A stretch of 64,000 nt of DNA from Chrysomallon squamiferum (GCA_012295275.1 CM022676.1:9114001-9178000), one strand, 5' to 3'; positions 37,801 through 51,361 are shown, numbered from the stretch's first letter. Notes: generated by a model from the sequence alone, not told the origin. Numbers and translations are program-made.

Positions 37801-40788
37801 TCTAACTATATTAGTAAACTGGGAAGAAAATTACATAATTAATTCTTAACAGTTTTATACAACAGTGTTTCAAGTTATCTTTAAATCATTTAAAAATAAA
37901 TAAAACTTCATAATTGTCTCAGTCTACAACATTATCATATTTTGTGGTTGTTTTTTGTTGTTTTTTTACTTTGAAATATAATGAGACAGCCTGACAAAAA
38001 AAAATATTTATAAATCTTAAACTGCTTGTAGAGACAGCATACAAGGTATTGTGATGTAATATTTTAAATAATTTTACGCAGATTACATTTGTAAATGCTG
38101 AACTATCCAATAACTATAAGCTTATCAAAATAAATAAATAAAAAATGTTTTAATTTTTTTTATAACTATATCATTATATATACAGTGAAAGCTGTAACGT
38201 ATCACCATTTCAGTTTATCAAAAAATAAAGAGGAAGAAAACAGAAGAAATTAAATATCATATTGTACACTAAATTATCCCCAAAACTGTATGATGATCAC
38301 CATATCATTTTATCTAAAAATAAAAAATAAAAACGAAAGTCTTTATTTAAACTAAATCTTCCAAAACCTGCCTTATCAAAAAAAAAAAAAAAAAAGAAAA
38401 AATCAAAAAAATAATAATAAAAAAAAAATAAAATAAAATAAATATTATGTAACCAAAAAATTATCCAAAAACCACAGAGAATATAAACATCTTGGCCTAC
38501 AAAAACTTTTTTTTAAAAATGTAAAAATTAAATAAACAAATATCATTATCAACCAAAAAAAAAAAACTATCCAAAAACTTTTACTATCTAAGCTTATCAA
38601 AAAAAAAAAAAAAACATTTGCCGATTTCAGAGAATTAAGAATTTTAGATCAGAGACTCTCATCTCGTAACAATTTACCAATAACTTTCATCTCAACTCGA
38701 TCAGAAACGTAAATCTGGGGCCCTGTCTCAACTCTACATATATAGGTGCCTTCGTCTGGCACCTGCGCATTCTGCACCTTAAGGCGCCAAGCTGTAGGTG
38801 AAGGTTTTTCCAGACTGTACTTGTACGGGTCTTCACTGCTCAGGTCGGTACTGATAGGAACAATGTTTGATTTCAGCAAGGCCAGCCATTTTACCTGAAA
38901 GTTAATTGGTAACAGATGTTAAGTATTGACTGGCATTGACTGTTGTCGTGGAAACGTAGGAATGAACTTGTGACTTTTTTTTTTTTTTTTTTTTTGATTT
39001 TTGACTTGTTTAGGCTATAGGAATGTGTAAGTAATATCTGTGTGTGTAAATATATGTAGGTGTGTGTATATTTCTGCGAGTTCACAAGTGTTTCTCTACA
39101 TGTGTGTGTGCATCCGTGCCTCTGTGTGAATATGTATTTGTAAATGTATGTGTGTTTGTGTGTGTCTGTGTAAGTATGTGTGCTGGTGTGTGCCTGTATC
39201 TTTTTGTTGTGTGTATTTGTGTGTGAATGTGTTTGTCTGTCTATGTTTGTCACTGTGTGTTTTTGTGTGTGTGTGTGTGTGAATATGTGTGTATATGTGT
39301 GCATCTGTATGGCTGTCTGTGTTTGTGTGTGTGTGTGTTGGTGTGTGTCTGTGTATGTGTTGATGTATTACTTAAGTTAACATGTTCGTATGGTAGACTG
39401 AGGTGAATATTTTATTTAATCTTTTTCACATTCACTTAGCAGATTGAAATCATGTCAATGTTCTGTCTATCTCTCTAGCAAATAAAATGTCTGGAACGAT
39501 GGAGTGGGCTGGAGGAAATACTATTTTTACCCCACCAAGCAATTAAAGGCTTAGAAATGGTGAAGTGGATATTAATTAATTATACCCACACAGAAAGTTA
39601 ACAAGCTGGAACATCGAAGTGGATTGAATGTTATTTTTGTCTCACTTTCAGTTAAGTGGGTTAGTATGCTGGTGTGGATGTTAAATGTATTGACAGACAG
39701 TGGTTGGAATGGTGGTGTGGGTCAGATTTTTGTTTTTTTGTTTTTGTTTTTTTACCTCTGTGTCAAATGGAAGGTTTGTTACTGTACAAGTCATGAAGCT
39801 GTCTCTGTCTTTCGGACATTTTATCTCATCATCGACTGGATCTTTGATTGGTGATGTGCTGATGATTTTTACAATAGGGTCGTCACAAAACACTGAAAAA
39901 AAGAGGAACATAATGATGATAATAAGAATAAGAATAAGAATAAGAATAATAAATAATAATAACAATAAATAAATATTAATAATAATAAATAATAATAATA
40001 ATAAATAAATATTAATAATAATAAAATTAATAATAATAATAATATAAAATTTATCACAAGATAGGAAAATAAGTGTTTAGTGACTGTATGAAAAACCATG
40101 AAGGTTATCAGTACTGCATTTCTTCGTTTTCGTAACTTTGTTTCACACAAACATATGGACAGCTGAATTATGATGTTGGAATATCTCACTTTATTTAAAT
40201 ATACACACTTGTTAGAAACACTTGTGCTATAGGTACTGTTAAATTAGTAACTTTACTAATTGTTTTCAAAATGAAATATAAATAAATAAATATTATTATT
40301 ACAATATTAGTTATTACACATTTACAGTAATCATAGTCAACAACAATTAGTAGAGAATTACTATCATTATCAGTGATTATATTTGTATTTTATTACCAAA
40401 CTGCCTGAAGTAAAACAGTAATGAGTAAAGGCGTATTCAATTTCGAAATATAAATAAACCATAAGTTATCAATATCATATACGATCATATGCTTGTTAAT
40501 AAACATTATACAATATAATTACCATTACGAATAAATATTTTAACGTTGTCTTGTGATGAAAACCTGTCAGATTTATGGTGTCAGAATAATTTAAATATTT
40601 AGTTGTATACAGCTAAGCTTTGGACGTCCTTACGGAAATGAAGATTTCTCTTTCATTTTTGTGTCATGCATATCGTAATCGTAAACAAAATCACTACAGA
40701 GGTTAAAAAGTCATGATCATTTCTTACCGGAAGATATGAGAAATAGTGAAAAACATAGCGAGAGTTGAAACTCTCGAAAAATCGCCAT
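32353..40788 (-). CDS. Lachesin-like protein B: signal peptide, 3 Ig domains, hydrophobic GPI-type C-terminus; 8 exons, ~366 aa
   Basis: Exons: 40728-40788 MAIFREFQLSLCFSLFLISS; 39756-39892 (..MTCTVTNLPFDTE); 38678-38894 (VKWL...DEGTYICRV); 37327-37487 (..SLRCNATGRPFPMVWW..ALQ, GC donor); 36547-36658 (..HSGIYKCSAKN..RNIDLRVK); 34545-34695 (SPRV..RITQAIGYYKDLICYVSAYPVP..W); 33535-33680 (..DYGTYICSASN..); 32353-32468 (..TMATITTLIMLYLTWLLHH*). Phases 1,0,1,0,1,2,1 are all compatible; total 1101 nt. The Ig2/Ig3 junction resembles insect Lachesin (from recalled sequence, not a search). Confidence 0.9.
32996..33530. repeat. ~110-bp tandem repeat (~4.5 copies) made of two related ~55-bp halves, in lachesin-B intron 7
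   Basis: Recurrent TCTAATATTTATGGACTTACTGA(T)nACTATCTTATCATTTATGGACCAGG / TCTAATATTTAAGGACTATATAATTATTCTGCAAATTTATCAACTTTTCTAT; the array ends at the exon-7 donor. Confidence 0.92.
35295..36000. repeat. ~100-bp tandem repeat (~7 copies, two 89-bp variants) flanked by degenerate (TAGTA)n pentamer sequence
   Basis: Unit ATGCATTATAGCATAGCATAGCACAGAATTAGTTTTCGTATATTATTTATAGTATTAGTACAGTATTAGTTTTAGCAAACTGTAACTATAGTACAGTATA, starting at ~35301, 35401, 35501, 35590, 35679, 35779, 35879. Confidence 0.93.
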
Positions 40789-41043
40789 ATCTGGAAATAT
40801 TTAACCAAATTTCATAGAGGTGTTTTATGAATCCGAACTGAATATAGGTCACATCCGCTATATGCGTGCGCAAGGTAAATTCACCTGTTAGGAATGTCAA
40901 CAAGGTCAGTTGTGACGCAGAAAGGTAAGTGATAAACTATAATGTGTTATTACCAGTCTATCGAGAAAAAGTTGGTTATTTGTATAAAATGTGTACGTAC
41001 AATTCGTCCGGAAATAGGAATATTAAATCAGTAAGTAAACAAA

Positions 41044-41074
<31 letters not shown>

Positions 41075-42027
41075 ATTGTTAAGCGAATGAGCTTTTCATG
41101 GTTCATGGAATCGATTTACGTTTTTTGTTTCATTCCCTCATATAGTACTTTTTCTTTCTTAAATTCCATTCACTTTTAAATATTCGTCACTGTTTATTAT
41201 TTAAATCTGAAACTTTTTCGAGATGTCGAGATTATGATTTATTATATTTTCCGAAAGATTTAGTGTTCACAAATCTTAGTTCTGCACAAATTTATTACAA
41301 GCATTATATAAAATTCCAGTAGACTGTCTATACAAGTTATATACGAAACCCCAACGAACTTCATGTTTAGACTTTGATCATTGTTTAAAGACGTCTGCTT
41401 GTACTCCAAAATCTGACAAATTTCAGGTCCTAAATATTTCGGGTATAGGAACCAATGTCAGTATTTTTTTTTTTTTTTTTTTTTATTTATTTAATTTTTT
41501 TTTTTTTTTTTTTTTTTTGAATTTAGGAAAGTATATACCATGGTTTTTTGTAAAACACTTGTGAGTCACTGGTCAGAACAGGAAATTGGCCAGTATTAGG
41601 ACTGATGTTGTGACCAATCTTGTCTTAATTCAGTGCTCTGACCAATGACTATAATAACAGTCTAAAATAAAATTATAAAACAAAATAAAAACAAAAACAA
41701 ATTTTTACTGAAAAGATATATTTTATTGTATAAAAAGATGTACTATGAATGTGATACATGTACAATAAAAATTATTTTAAAAATATAATAATAATAATAA
41801 AAATTAACCTGATATGTGATCCATTATGTGAACAGATTTCTGGAATCAGGTATGTATGAAAGATGTATAAAAGCTTTTAATTATGTACATTGATATGTGG
41901 TTATTATTGTGGAATGTTTTCATTTTGTAAATAGATAACAAATATAAATTAAAAAATTATTTAAATTTGTAATTAAATTTTCAATAAATAAATTTAGATA
42001 TTATTCTGAAATTAATTAACTGGAAAT

Positions 42028-42058
<31 letters not shown>

Positions 42059-43749
42059 TGAAAATGAGCTCAGGTTGATTTTACCATAAATGAACAAGAA
42101 AACATAATTAAAAATGATTAAAAACAAACCAGTATTGGTTATATTAAAATATAATTAATTATAAGGTATCAATGAGTTAAACTTTATATTTTAATTACTG
42201 CCATATATGCAGTGCATCTTTTATTTACAAAATGTGTCAGCTTAATACATCATATGGTTTAGAAATTTAGATATAATATATTGGATGTTAAATAACGAAC
42301 AGAAAATGTCTAGTCTGTACTGTCTAACGTAAATATTTAAAACCTACTTTCACACATATTTACTAATTATTATTACATTTATCAAACAATTCACAACCAT
42401 ATTTATAATATTTGAATTTCAGGCTGCTGCTCTTTGAAACATGATTATAATTCACATCCAAATTTTCAGTTTCTTCTTAAATCTATAGAGAAAATCCTGC
42501 CTCTGAATTCCAACCGGAATTTTCCATTTTATTCATTTTTATGCTTTCAGGCTTATCAAAATGTCTCTTTGTTTCATTTAGACAACACAGAGGATGTGTA
42601 AAAATTCAAGTTCTTATTTTCAATTTAATTTTACGTTTTATGCAGTAAAACTAATCATTCAGTTATTTATAGAAAATGTGGAATCATATTTTCATTTATT
42701 AATAATTATTACCAGTTCTACATCTTCTTGTAGAAAATATTTAATAATGAAATGATTTTATATTCACAACCAATGATAAAAAAAAATTCTATATAAAAAA
42801 ATTTAAATAAAAAATAAAAAAATCTTGACTACAAATGACATATTTACAGAAGTTATTTCAGTCACACAACAGAACTTAATAAAAATATAGTAAAAATAGC
42901 TGTACAGAAAGTAGTTTTTCAATACACTAGAAATGTACATTCTGCATTAAGTACTTTCTTTTACTTTTTTCTTCTTTTGATTTCTTACATTTTACATTAT
43001 TTTTTTTTTGTTTATAAATTAATTATTTAATTAATTAATTTTTTTAAATTATTTATCAACCAAATTTTATGTTATTAAAAATGCATGTATTTATTTAAGC
43101 TATATAGATTGTTTAAACCAAAAGTCTTTCCAATATTTTCTTCTTGTTTACATATTTAAGCACTCTACAGTATAAGTAATATTATATATATGTACATTTT
43201 ATTTTCTAATTATCAGTAATAAAATATAAAGATGAAGTTCTATTTATTTTTTAATATTTATAAATGTGAGAACTATCAATGGTACTTTTTATCTCCTATT
43301 CATCATGTTATCAGTCTTATTTGTCATTTTTGAAATTTATTTGTTTCTGAAATAGCAAATTTTTTTTTTAATTTTTTAACATTCACACATATTTTCCTAT
43401 TATTTCATAGTAAAAATATTACAATAAAAATTAAAATATACTTTCTGCAGTACAGTATTCAATTATTGCCTTGCTTTTTCAACCGTCTCCAACTTTTAAA
43501 AATATTTAACAATACACCGTTACACAAATTTACATTAACTATTAATGCATAATTCAGATACAAATTAACTTCTCAAAAACTAATCTTCACAAATTATCCT
43601 GTGTGAGTTTTTTCTGTGATTTATTATGGTTATGACACAGACATTTATTTGCATAGTTTTGTTTTTCTTATACCTTTAGAAATTTCTTATTTTTTTATAT
43701 TCTTTCTTTCTTCCTTTGAAGAAAAATAATGAAGACAACCAAGAAATGA

Positions 43750-44034
43750 TTATGAGTTTCTTTGGAAGATTGTGAGGAATGTGAAGTATCCAAAAACAGA
43801 ACAAACTAGTGATGTCACTGATGATGTCATAATCATCACCTTGGAACTCGGAGGTGAAGGACAGTTAGGTCCCTGGCACTCTGTGGTTTCTGAAATTATA
43901 AAATAAAATAAAATAAAATAAACTATAATGAAACTATAATCTGAAATTAAAATTTGAATTTGAATACAATACAATAAATAACAAATAAAACAAACAGACT
44001 GTTGTTATTTCTTATTTAGAATTTCAATCTCACT

Positions 44035-44094
<60 letters not shown>

Positions 44095-44643
44095 TATGTA
44101 AGATTTTTACATTACAACATTATTGTAATCCATTGTTCACATTATACAATTATATCAACAATAAGAAATTTAACAAATACGTCAAACTTCCTAAACACAA
44201 AAACATACCAAACAAAACTATCACGACTTAATCAGAAAAATCTCTCAGCTTATACTATTATATCAGGTATATATCAAAAAGAAACACATACCAAAAAGAT
44301 CTATCGTGGCAGAATTCTCTCCCTTGGAGTTTTTGGCAAGGCAAAAGTAAGTGGTATAGTCGTTTGCTTGTACGTTTTTGACTTTCAGCGTGTACCACTC
44401 TTCTCCCGACATTAAATTCTGGTTGTCTGTCGTCTGCTTGTTGAAGTCAAATTTGTCGTCATCGTTAATCTGTTTCCGGCCGCCATTTTCTAACCTTTCC
44501 CACCGAACACTCGGCGAAGGATAACCTATGGAAAATTTTAAATTAGAAGAGTGCGGAATGAATAGAAAGTTTAAGTGTGATGATGAAGATAGAATTTTTT
44601 TTTTGTACGTGTTTAATGATTTAATAATTATAGGAGAGGAACA

Positions 44644-44706
<63 letters not shown>

Positions 44707-44880
44707 TTGTTAATGAGAATAATAATGATGATGATGATGACAATGACAATGTTAATGTTAATGTTAATGTTAATAATAATAATAATAATAATGATGATGA
44801 TAATAATAATAAGAATTTTATTTTTTGTACGTGTTTAATGATTTAATAATTATAGGAGAGGAACTGTAATAATAATAGTA

Positions 44881-44912
<32 letters not shown>

Positions 44913-46916
44913 TGTTAATGAGAATAATAATGATGATAATGACAATGTTAATGTTAATAATAATTAATAATAATAATGATAATAACAACAATAATAAGAA
45001 TTTTTATTTTGTTTGTGTTTAATGATTTAATAATAACAGAGTAATAATAATAATAATAATAATAATAGAATAATAATAATAATAATTAATAATAATGATA
45101 ACAAGAATAAGAATTTTTATTTAATGTTTAATGATTTAATAATAATATTGTTAATGACAATAATAATGATGATGATGATAATGATAATGTTAAAGTTAAT
45201 AATAATGTTAATAATAATAATAATGATAATAACAACAACAATAATAATAATGATGATGACAGAGATTAATAATAAACATATTAGTTTCAGCATGTGATGT
45301 ATTATTTTGAAATTGTTTTAAAACTTAAAAAAAATAAAAATAATAATAATAATAATAAACAGTTGAACATGCTGAATCAGTTTACATCATCAGTTATTTT
45401 TTAATCATAACTATTTTAATGTTTACTTTTGTTTTTCACCATTTTGATGATCTTTTAACACTTGAGAAACAATAATAACAAAAAAACTCCTACGCTACCC
45501 AAATAGGAAATATCGAAACAACAACCCCAAAAAACCCTCCTAAGATACCAAATTAGGAAGTCTTGACACTACACCAAAAAAATCTCCTATGATACCAAAT
45601 TAGGAAGTCACCAATAATTTCTTTTCCCATTCATTTTAAGGATTAAATTCACAGTTAAACTTTCTTTCTTTATCTATATATTTATTTACTTTTTTCTTAT
45701 TAATTGATTTTTTTCCTTTTATTTCTTTCATTCTTTCTTTATTTTTTCTTATTTCTTATTTTTTTACTTTTTTCTTATTTATTTATTTATTTAATTTCTT
45801 TATTTACTTTTTCTTTCTTTGTTTCTTATTTATTTATTTTTATTTATTTACTTTTTTCTTTCTTTCTTTCATTATTTAATTCTTATTACTGTTTTCTTAT
45901 TAATTAATTTTCTTATTTTGATTTCCTTATTAATGGGTTTTTTCTTCAAATACCAGTCTACACACACACACACAAGTTATACCTTTCACTATACATTCGA
46001 GTTTGGCGTGAAATCGGCGATTCTGAGCCTGTCCCACAGAATTCTGCACTACACGCACCGTCGGAGCGTCAAACACAAGCACCTGGGCGAGATGCTGCGC
46101 TGGTGGGCGGATGTTGTTGTCTGCGACACAGCGATACACACCTCCCATGGCAACGGTCACATTGCGAAGAGGAAGAACCTCTCCCTGTTATAAAATAATT
46201 ATAATGACAGTGATGACGATAGCCATAATGATGATGATAATAATAGTGATGATGATGATGATGATACTGATGATGATGATAGTCATAATGATGATGAGAT
46301 GGTAATGATGATGATGATAATGATAGTGATGATGATGATAATGATGGTGATGATACTATCAATAACAGTAATAACAATAAAACTAATTTATAATAATAAA
46401 TAACAACAATTACAATAATAACAACAACAATAATAACAAAAAAACAATTAGAATGATATTCACTCAAAACAATAATAACAAAAAAAAAAACAGTACTCCA
46501 CTTTAGACCTTAAAACATTTAATACTCACTCTAAACTGAGCCTTGCCCGTGGGTAGCATCCCACCGTCCGACCGCACCCATGTGATGTTAGGGTGGGGAA
46601 TTCCCGTGGCCTTGCAGACAAGCTCGGCATTGTCCATTTCGTCTACGACAAGAACAGCTGAAGTTTCGCCCTGTCTGATAGCTGGTTGTACTAAACAAAA
46701 TAAAAAAAATAAAACAAAAATAATTAAAAACAAAAATTCAAATTAAAAATAATTTTTAATAATTAAATGACATATTATTAAATTATATATGTATTTATGT
46801 ATTATATATGTATTTATGTATTCAGATTATCTCAAAATAAATGTTATCATTTACTGTTATGAACCACCCTGCATTATAATCTCTCCGTAAACTAACAAAA
46901 TATATATTTTTTCATC

Positions 46917-46956
<40 letters not shown>

Positions 46957-47346
46957 CAGTATATATATATATATATATAAAAATTTCTCTACTTTACCTT
47001 GCACGGTCAGAATACCAATCTTTGTCGGCCATGTTGCGGCATCAGTCTGTCCAAAGATTCTGACGTAACATTTGTAGAAGCCAGCGTCCTGTTCACGCAG
47101 TCGGCGAATTATCAGCATGTACGTCACGCGGTTGTCCTTCGACCGCTTGCTGATTTCGTACTTCCAGTCCACCTTCAATTATGTTGTTTATTTTTATTGT
47201 TTCATCACTGCTGATTGGCTGGCTGCTGTTTACATGTTCCCATGCCACCTGTGCATTAAAAAAAATTTCAAATGATTTTATATATATTCATATAAAATAT
47301 ATATATATATATAATAAAACAAAAAGAATATGAATATTAATTTTGA

Positions 47347-47380
<34 letters not shown>

Positions 47381-47859
47381 TCAAAATTTATATTCATATT
47401 CTTTTTATTGTATTAAGACAGACAAATATATATATATATATATATAATATGTGTGCGTCTGAATATACATTCATATTCTTTTTATTTTATTGTTTGTCTT
47501 AATAAAATAAAAATAATATGAATACAAATTCTGACAGTATATATATATATCTGTATGTATGTAACTGTGTATTTATAAATATATATATGCCTGTTGTATA
47601 TGTCAGTATTTACATATTAATAAAAAAAATATATAAAATTTAAATTCTGACAGTATATATGTAAATGTGTGTACCTGTATATATATAAATATATGTATCA
47701 GTAAACATATATGCCTATCTATGTGTTTACAAATGATATGGATTTAAATTCTGACATGATATATATATATATCTGTGTCTGTAAGTAGCCTGTATCTGTG
47801 TGTACACACATAAACATACATACATTCTTCAACTAACATTATTTTGTTGTTTTACACAG

Positions 47860-47893
<34 letters not shown>

Positions 47894-50255
47894 TGAAACT
47901 CAAAGCATTGTTTTATTGGTTTACACACACACAGACACTGAAACTCACAGCATTGTTCTGCTGGTTTACAACTGTACAGTTCAGCCTTGCAGTTTGACCA
48001 ACAGGTTTCACCTCAGGCCAGATCTCATCAACAATGTCAGGGTCCTGGCCCTCCACTGAAAAACAAAAAAATGTGAAAAAGATTAAATAGGTGCTAAACA
48101 TATGTGCTAAATGCAGGGTAAGGTGGGGCTAATTCTGGCCCCTAGTTTTCATTCAACCTCACCTACAGTTTCACAGACAAAAGGAAACAACAAAATGGAG
48201 TGAATAATGTGTAGTATATCTATTTCTGCTTCAAAATACACAAACACTACAAGCATAGTGCTTATATACTTTTGAAATGGGAACCAGATTAAAAATTGTT
48301 GTCAGGGGCCAGATTTGCCCCCGATTATTTGTGGTAAATCTGGCCCACCATTTTCAAGATGTATTTTGATCCTCAAATTTGTTGTACTGGTTATTGCTAT
48401 GTAATCATTGTTTACTGCTAATAATAATTAGTCCTAATCATAATACAAGTCAGATTCAAAACTTCAATCAACTAAACATCCTTGACAAATATCACACAAG
48501 AATACAATATCTTTTCAAGTCTGCACCAGCTGGGATTTCGAGGTTTGTGCAAAGATCAAGACAATACCAATTTGGGCACCCGTCACATCCTATGAACTCA
48601 TCAGAATTCATTCCATCATCAACTCTGCCACAGAGTTCACATTTTTCTTGTGTATCTACTACATCTCTGTCTTCTAGTTCAGGCTCATCACCACCAATGT
48701 TTTCTTTGACTGCATGAACCAGTTCTGCTGTAGCATTCAAAGTGAACTGCCATTTTGATTTTGGTATCTTGTTCTGTTTTCTTTTGCCTCTCTCACCTTT
48801 GCTTGCTTTGCCTTAATCTTCTTCTTTGCCAATTCTTCTTCATACCTCTTGACACTTTCTTCTTCTGTCAATGCCTCATTATACCTAATCCTTTTGATTT
48901 TATTGGAAGTTTGACAACATGCCCCACCAGATGAACCGTGGACTTTCAATTGTTTCAAAAAACTTAAATAAAACTCAGAATGGACTATATCAATGCCAAA
49001 ACTATTGATTTCAACACCAAATATGAGGGCCAGAATTGCCCCAACTGGTGGAATAAAATATAACACATATTTCTTGACTAATTACCACATGTTAATCAAG
49101 TTTCTTCTGCTGAACTTAATAACTGATTACATGTTTACCCATTACAACATATCACTAACCTTATGTCTATAGGACTAAAAAAATAACACTCACTTCAGAA
49201 ACTCAAAATGCACCTTTTTTTACAGCCTTGTTGTTTTCATTACTTTCATGGCCCCTAAACTTCACATGTAAATGGCTGATTACCTACATACTTTGTTCTA
49301 ATTAAAGATAGGAAGGTTCTATTTATATCAACAAAGTTCCAGAAATCTGGACTGAGCAGTATAGCAGCTGCAAGTCATAATATACCTCTGGGGCCAGAAT
49401 TACCCGATCTTACCCTATATCAAACAACTAGACTGGGATGCTCTAGTTTTAGTTCTAACTGTTCAGTAAAATTAAGTGGCTACCAATTTGATAAAATTAA
49501 ACATTTTCACTGAATGATGTTGATTCAGTTCAGAATTAAATCATAGTCTTTAGATCTAGGACATAGGTTTTCAGTCTTGGGGTCACAAGATTGTTCTTGA
49601 GCAAGGGTATGTTTTAGCTTTTTTCAACTTGACTTGGAAGGAGGAATAAATAAAAACGTGTAGATAGGTTTGGGACCTGTCATAGTGAATACAGATTTAT
49701 TTTGTTGTCGTCTTTGGTTGATGAAAATATGGTAACCATAGATATTACTGAATCCAAAATTTTCATTTGACATGTACTTTCATAATTTATTTTTAATATT
49801 TAACTCAATACAACACAGAAGTGACAATAAATTAAAAACCTTTCTCTAGAGATTTTTAATGTCTTATTTTTGTTGCTAAAAAGTTTTTAAAAATAAAGTT
49901 AAATAATATCAATATAAATCAACGTTATACTGTGAATGTCACATAATTATGGCTGTCATTTTAAGCATAACAATTAATAGAATTATATTTATTTTGTATT
50001 TGTCAATTAATTGCAATTAACCGTACATTAACCATTCTTTACGATAAATTCATTTACACGATTATATTTTCTTTGATAATATAAAAATCATTTGACCGCC
50101 ATTTTGATCAGGAAACGAGTAACACAGACAGTGACTAAGATAATGTCGTGAATTTAAAGATTTGTTTTGAAATTGCAGACGATCACAAAACGAATATCGT
50201 GCTTACCTGATATTACTGCCGTCAAAATGACGGCCGCAAACAACCATTTATCCAT
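43750..50255 (-). CDS. Lachesin-like protein A: signal peptide, 3 Ig domains, GPI-type tail; 7 exons, ~380 aa; one frameshift in exon 3 as assembled
   Basis: Exons: 50207-50255 MDKWLFAAVILTAVIS; 47949-48055 (VEGQDPDI..ARLNCTVVNQQNNA); 46998-47248 (VAWEHV..IIEGGL / KYEISKR..DAGFYKCYV..LTVQ; 251 nt, off by one); 46530-46690 (..ELVCKATGIPHPNITW..); 45983-46184 (..GVYRCVADN..VGQAQNRRFHAKLECIVK); 44292-44525 (GYPSPSVRW..DYTTYFCLAKN..IDLF); 43750-43889 (ETTECQGPNCP..LVCSVFGYFTFLTIFQRNS*). All splice sites canonical. GQA motif in Ig3 and LFET-x-C-x-C after Ig3 recall Lachesin. Confidence 0.86.
44585..45265. repeat. Degenerate tandem repeat (about 4 units of decreasing length) with embedded (AAT)n/(GAT)n
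   Basis: AGAATTTTT..TGTACGTGTTTAATGATTTAATAAT recurs at ~44592, ~44812, ~44997 and ~45110. Confidence 0.8.
47321..47406. repeat. 86-bp near-perfect palindrome with a (TA)n centre
   Basis: AAAAAGAATATGAATATTAATTTTGACTG-(TA)n-CAGTCAAAATTTATATTCATATTCTTTTT; the arms are reverse complements with one mismatch. Confidence 0.9.
48116..49415 (-). mobile_element. Non-autonomous pogo-like (Tc1/mariner superfamily) DNA transposon, ~1.3 kb, in intron 1 of lachesin-like A
   Basis: Imperfect ~28-bp TIRs: left GGGTAAGGTGGGGCTAATTCTGGCCCC (from 48116); right GGGGCCAGAATTACCCGATCTTACCC (to 49415) followed by TA (left flank is CA, a possibly mutated TA). Internal copies of the TIR core at ~48305, ~48331 and ~49025. 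Broken ORFs encode an EALTEEE/Lys-rich helix (48737-48910) and a PHD-like Cys cluster CELC..FIGCDGCPNWYCLDLC (48492-48740), typical of the C-terminus of pogo-type DDE transposases. No DDE core seen. Confidence 0.78.
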
Positions 50256-50500
50256 TGTGTCAATTATTTTCATACGTCCTACTACTTCATCTGTGATTCA
50301 TTTACCTGTACGGTGACCTACATACAGGTAGAAATGCAAAATGTTTTGGATTTCTCTTGTCACGTGACTGAATATTGTACAGGTACCTAGAGCGAAGCGC
50401 AGCAAATGTTATAGTTCAGTTTGATTACTTTGTTTTGCGAGATTCGAGTACATACAAATGACGGAATAGGATCGAACGATAAATGCTGGTAGAGGTGTCT

Positions 50501-50535
<35 letters not shown>

Positions 50536-51229
50536 TGTAGTTATTGACTTTGTTTTGTTTTGTTTTTGCATCAAAAAGAGCTTATGTTGTATATATGAAC
50601 ATAAGTATATCGAAATTTGTTTTGTTTGGTATGATATGGAAAGTTAAATATTCACATATGCCAAAATGTCACTAAAGTCTGAGCTTTTGTTGTAAATACA
50701 CAATCACAGGCATATAAATATTATTAATTTTAATGCTACATCTACTACTATTACCATTTATTTACGCCTACTACTGCTACTAATACTACTGCTACAACTA
50801 ATACTAATACTGCTCCTATTACTACTACTATTATTACTGCTAAGACGACTACTACTACTTCTACTACCACTACTACTATAAACATCATCTTCATTATCAC
50901 CATCATGATTAAAAACGAGATAGAAATATTTAACTGTTATTATTACTTCCTTTTATTTATTTATGTTTTCTTAGGATATTAATGTTAATTATTTATTTTT
51001 CATTCCAGTCCTATTTATTTATTTTTATGTTACGTTGTGTTATGATATTTTATATTTTGCTCTTTTCTGTTTTTACAATGGTTTTCGTTATGCTCTGTTA
51101 TGTTAATGTTATGTTATTTTATGTTATTTATCAATTATTGATTATTAATTAATGATTCACCGAAATACTTTAGAGTTTGTTAAAATCGTTATAAAATAAA
51201 ATTTAGTTTTACTATTATTAAGACTAGTA

Positions 51230-51262
<33 letters not shown>

Positions 51263-51361
51263 TTGTTGTTGTCGATGTTGCCACTATTACCACTACAACT
51301 ATTACTACTATTTTTAGTGCATACCTCTGTTACTACTACTACTCCTACTGCTACTACCAGC

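Noticed and set aside
40915-40930. Perfect plus-strand donor AAG|GTAAGT near the lachesin-B promoter (antisense transcript?)
   Set aside because: No partner acceptor or exon identified; a single short match is expected by chance.
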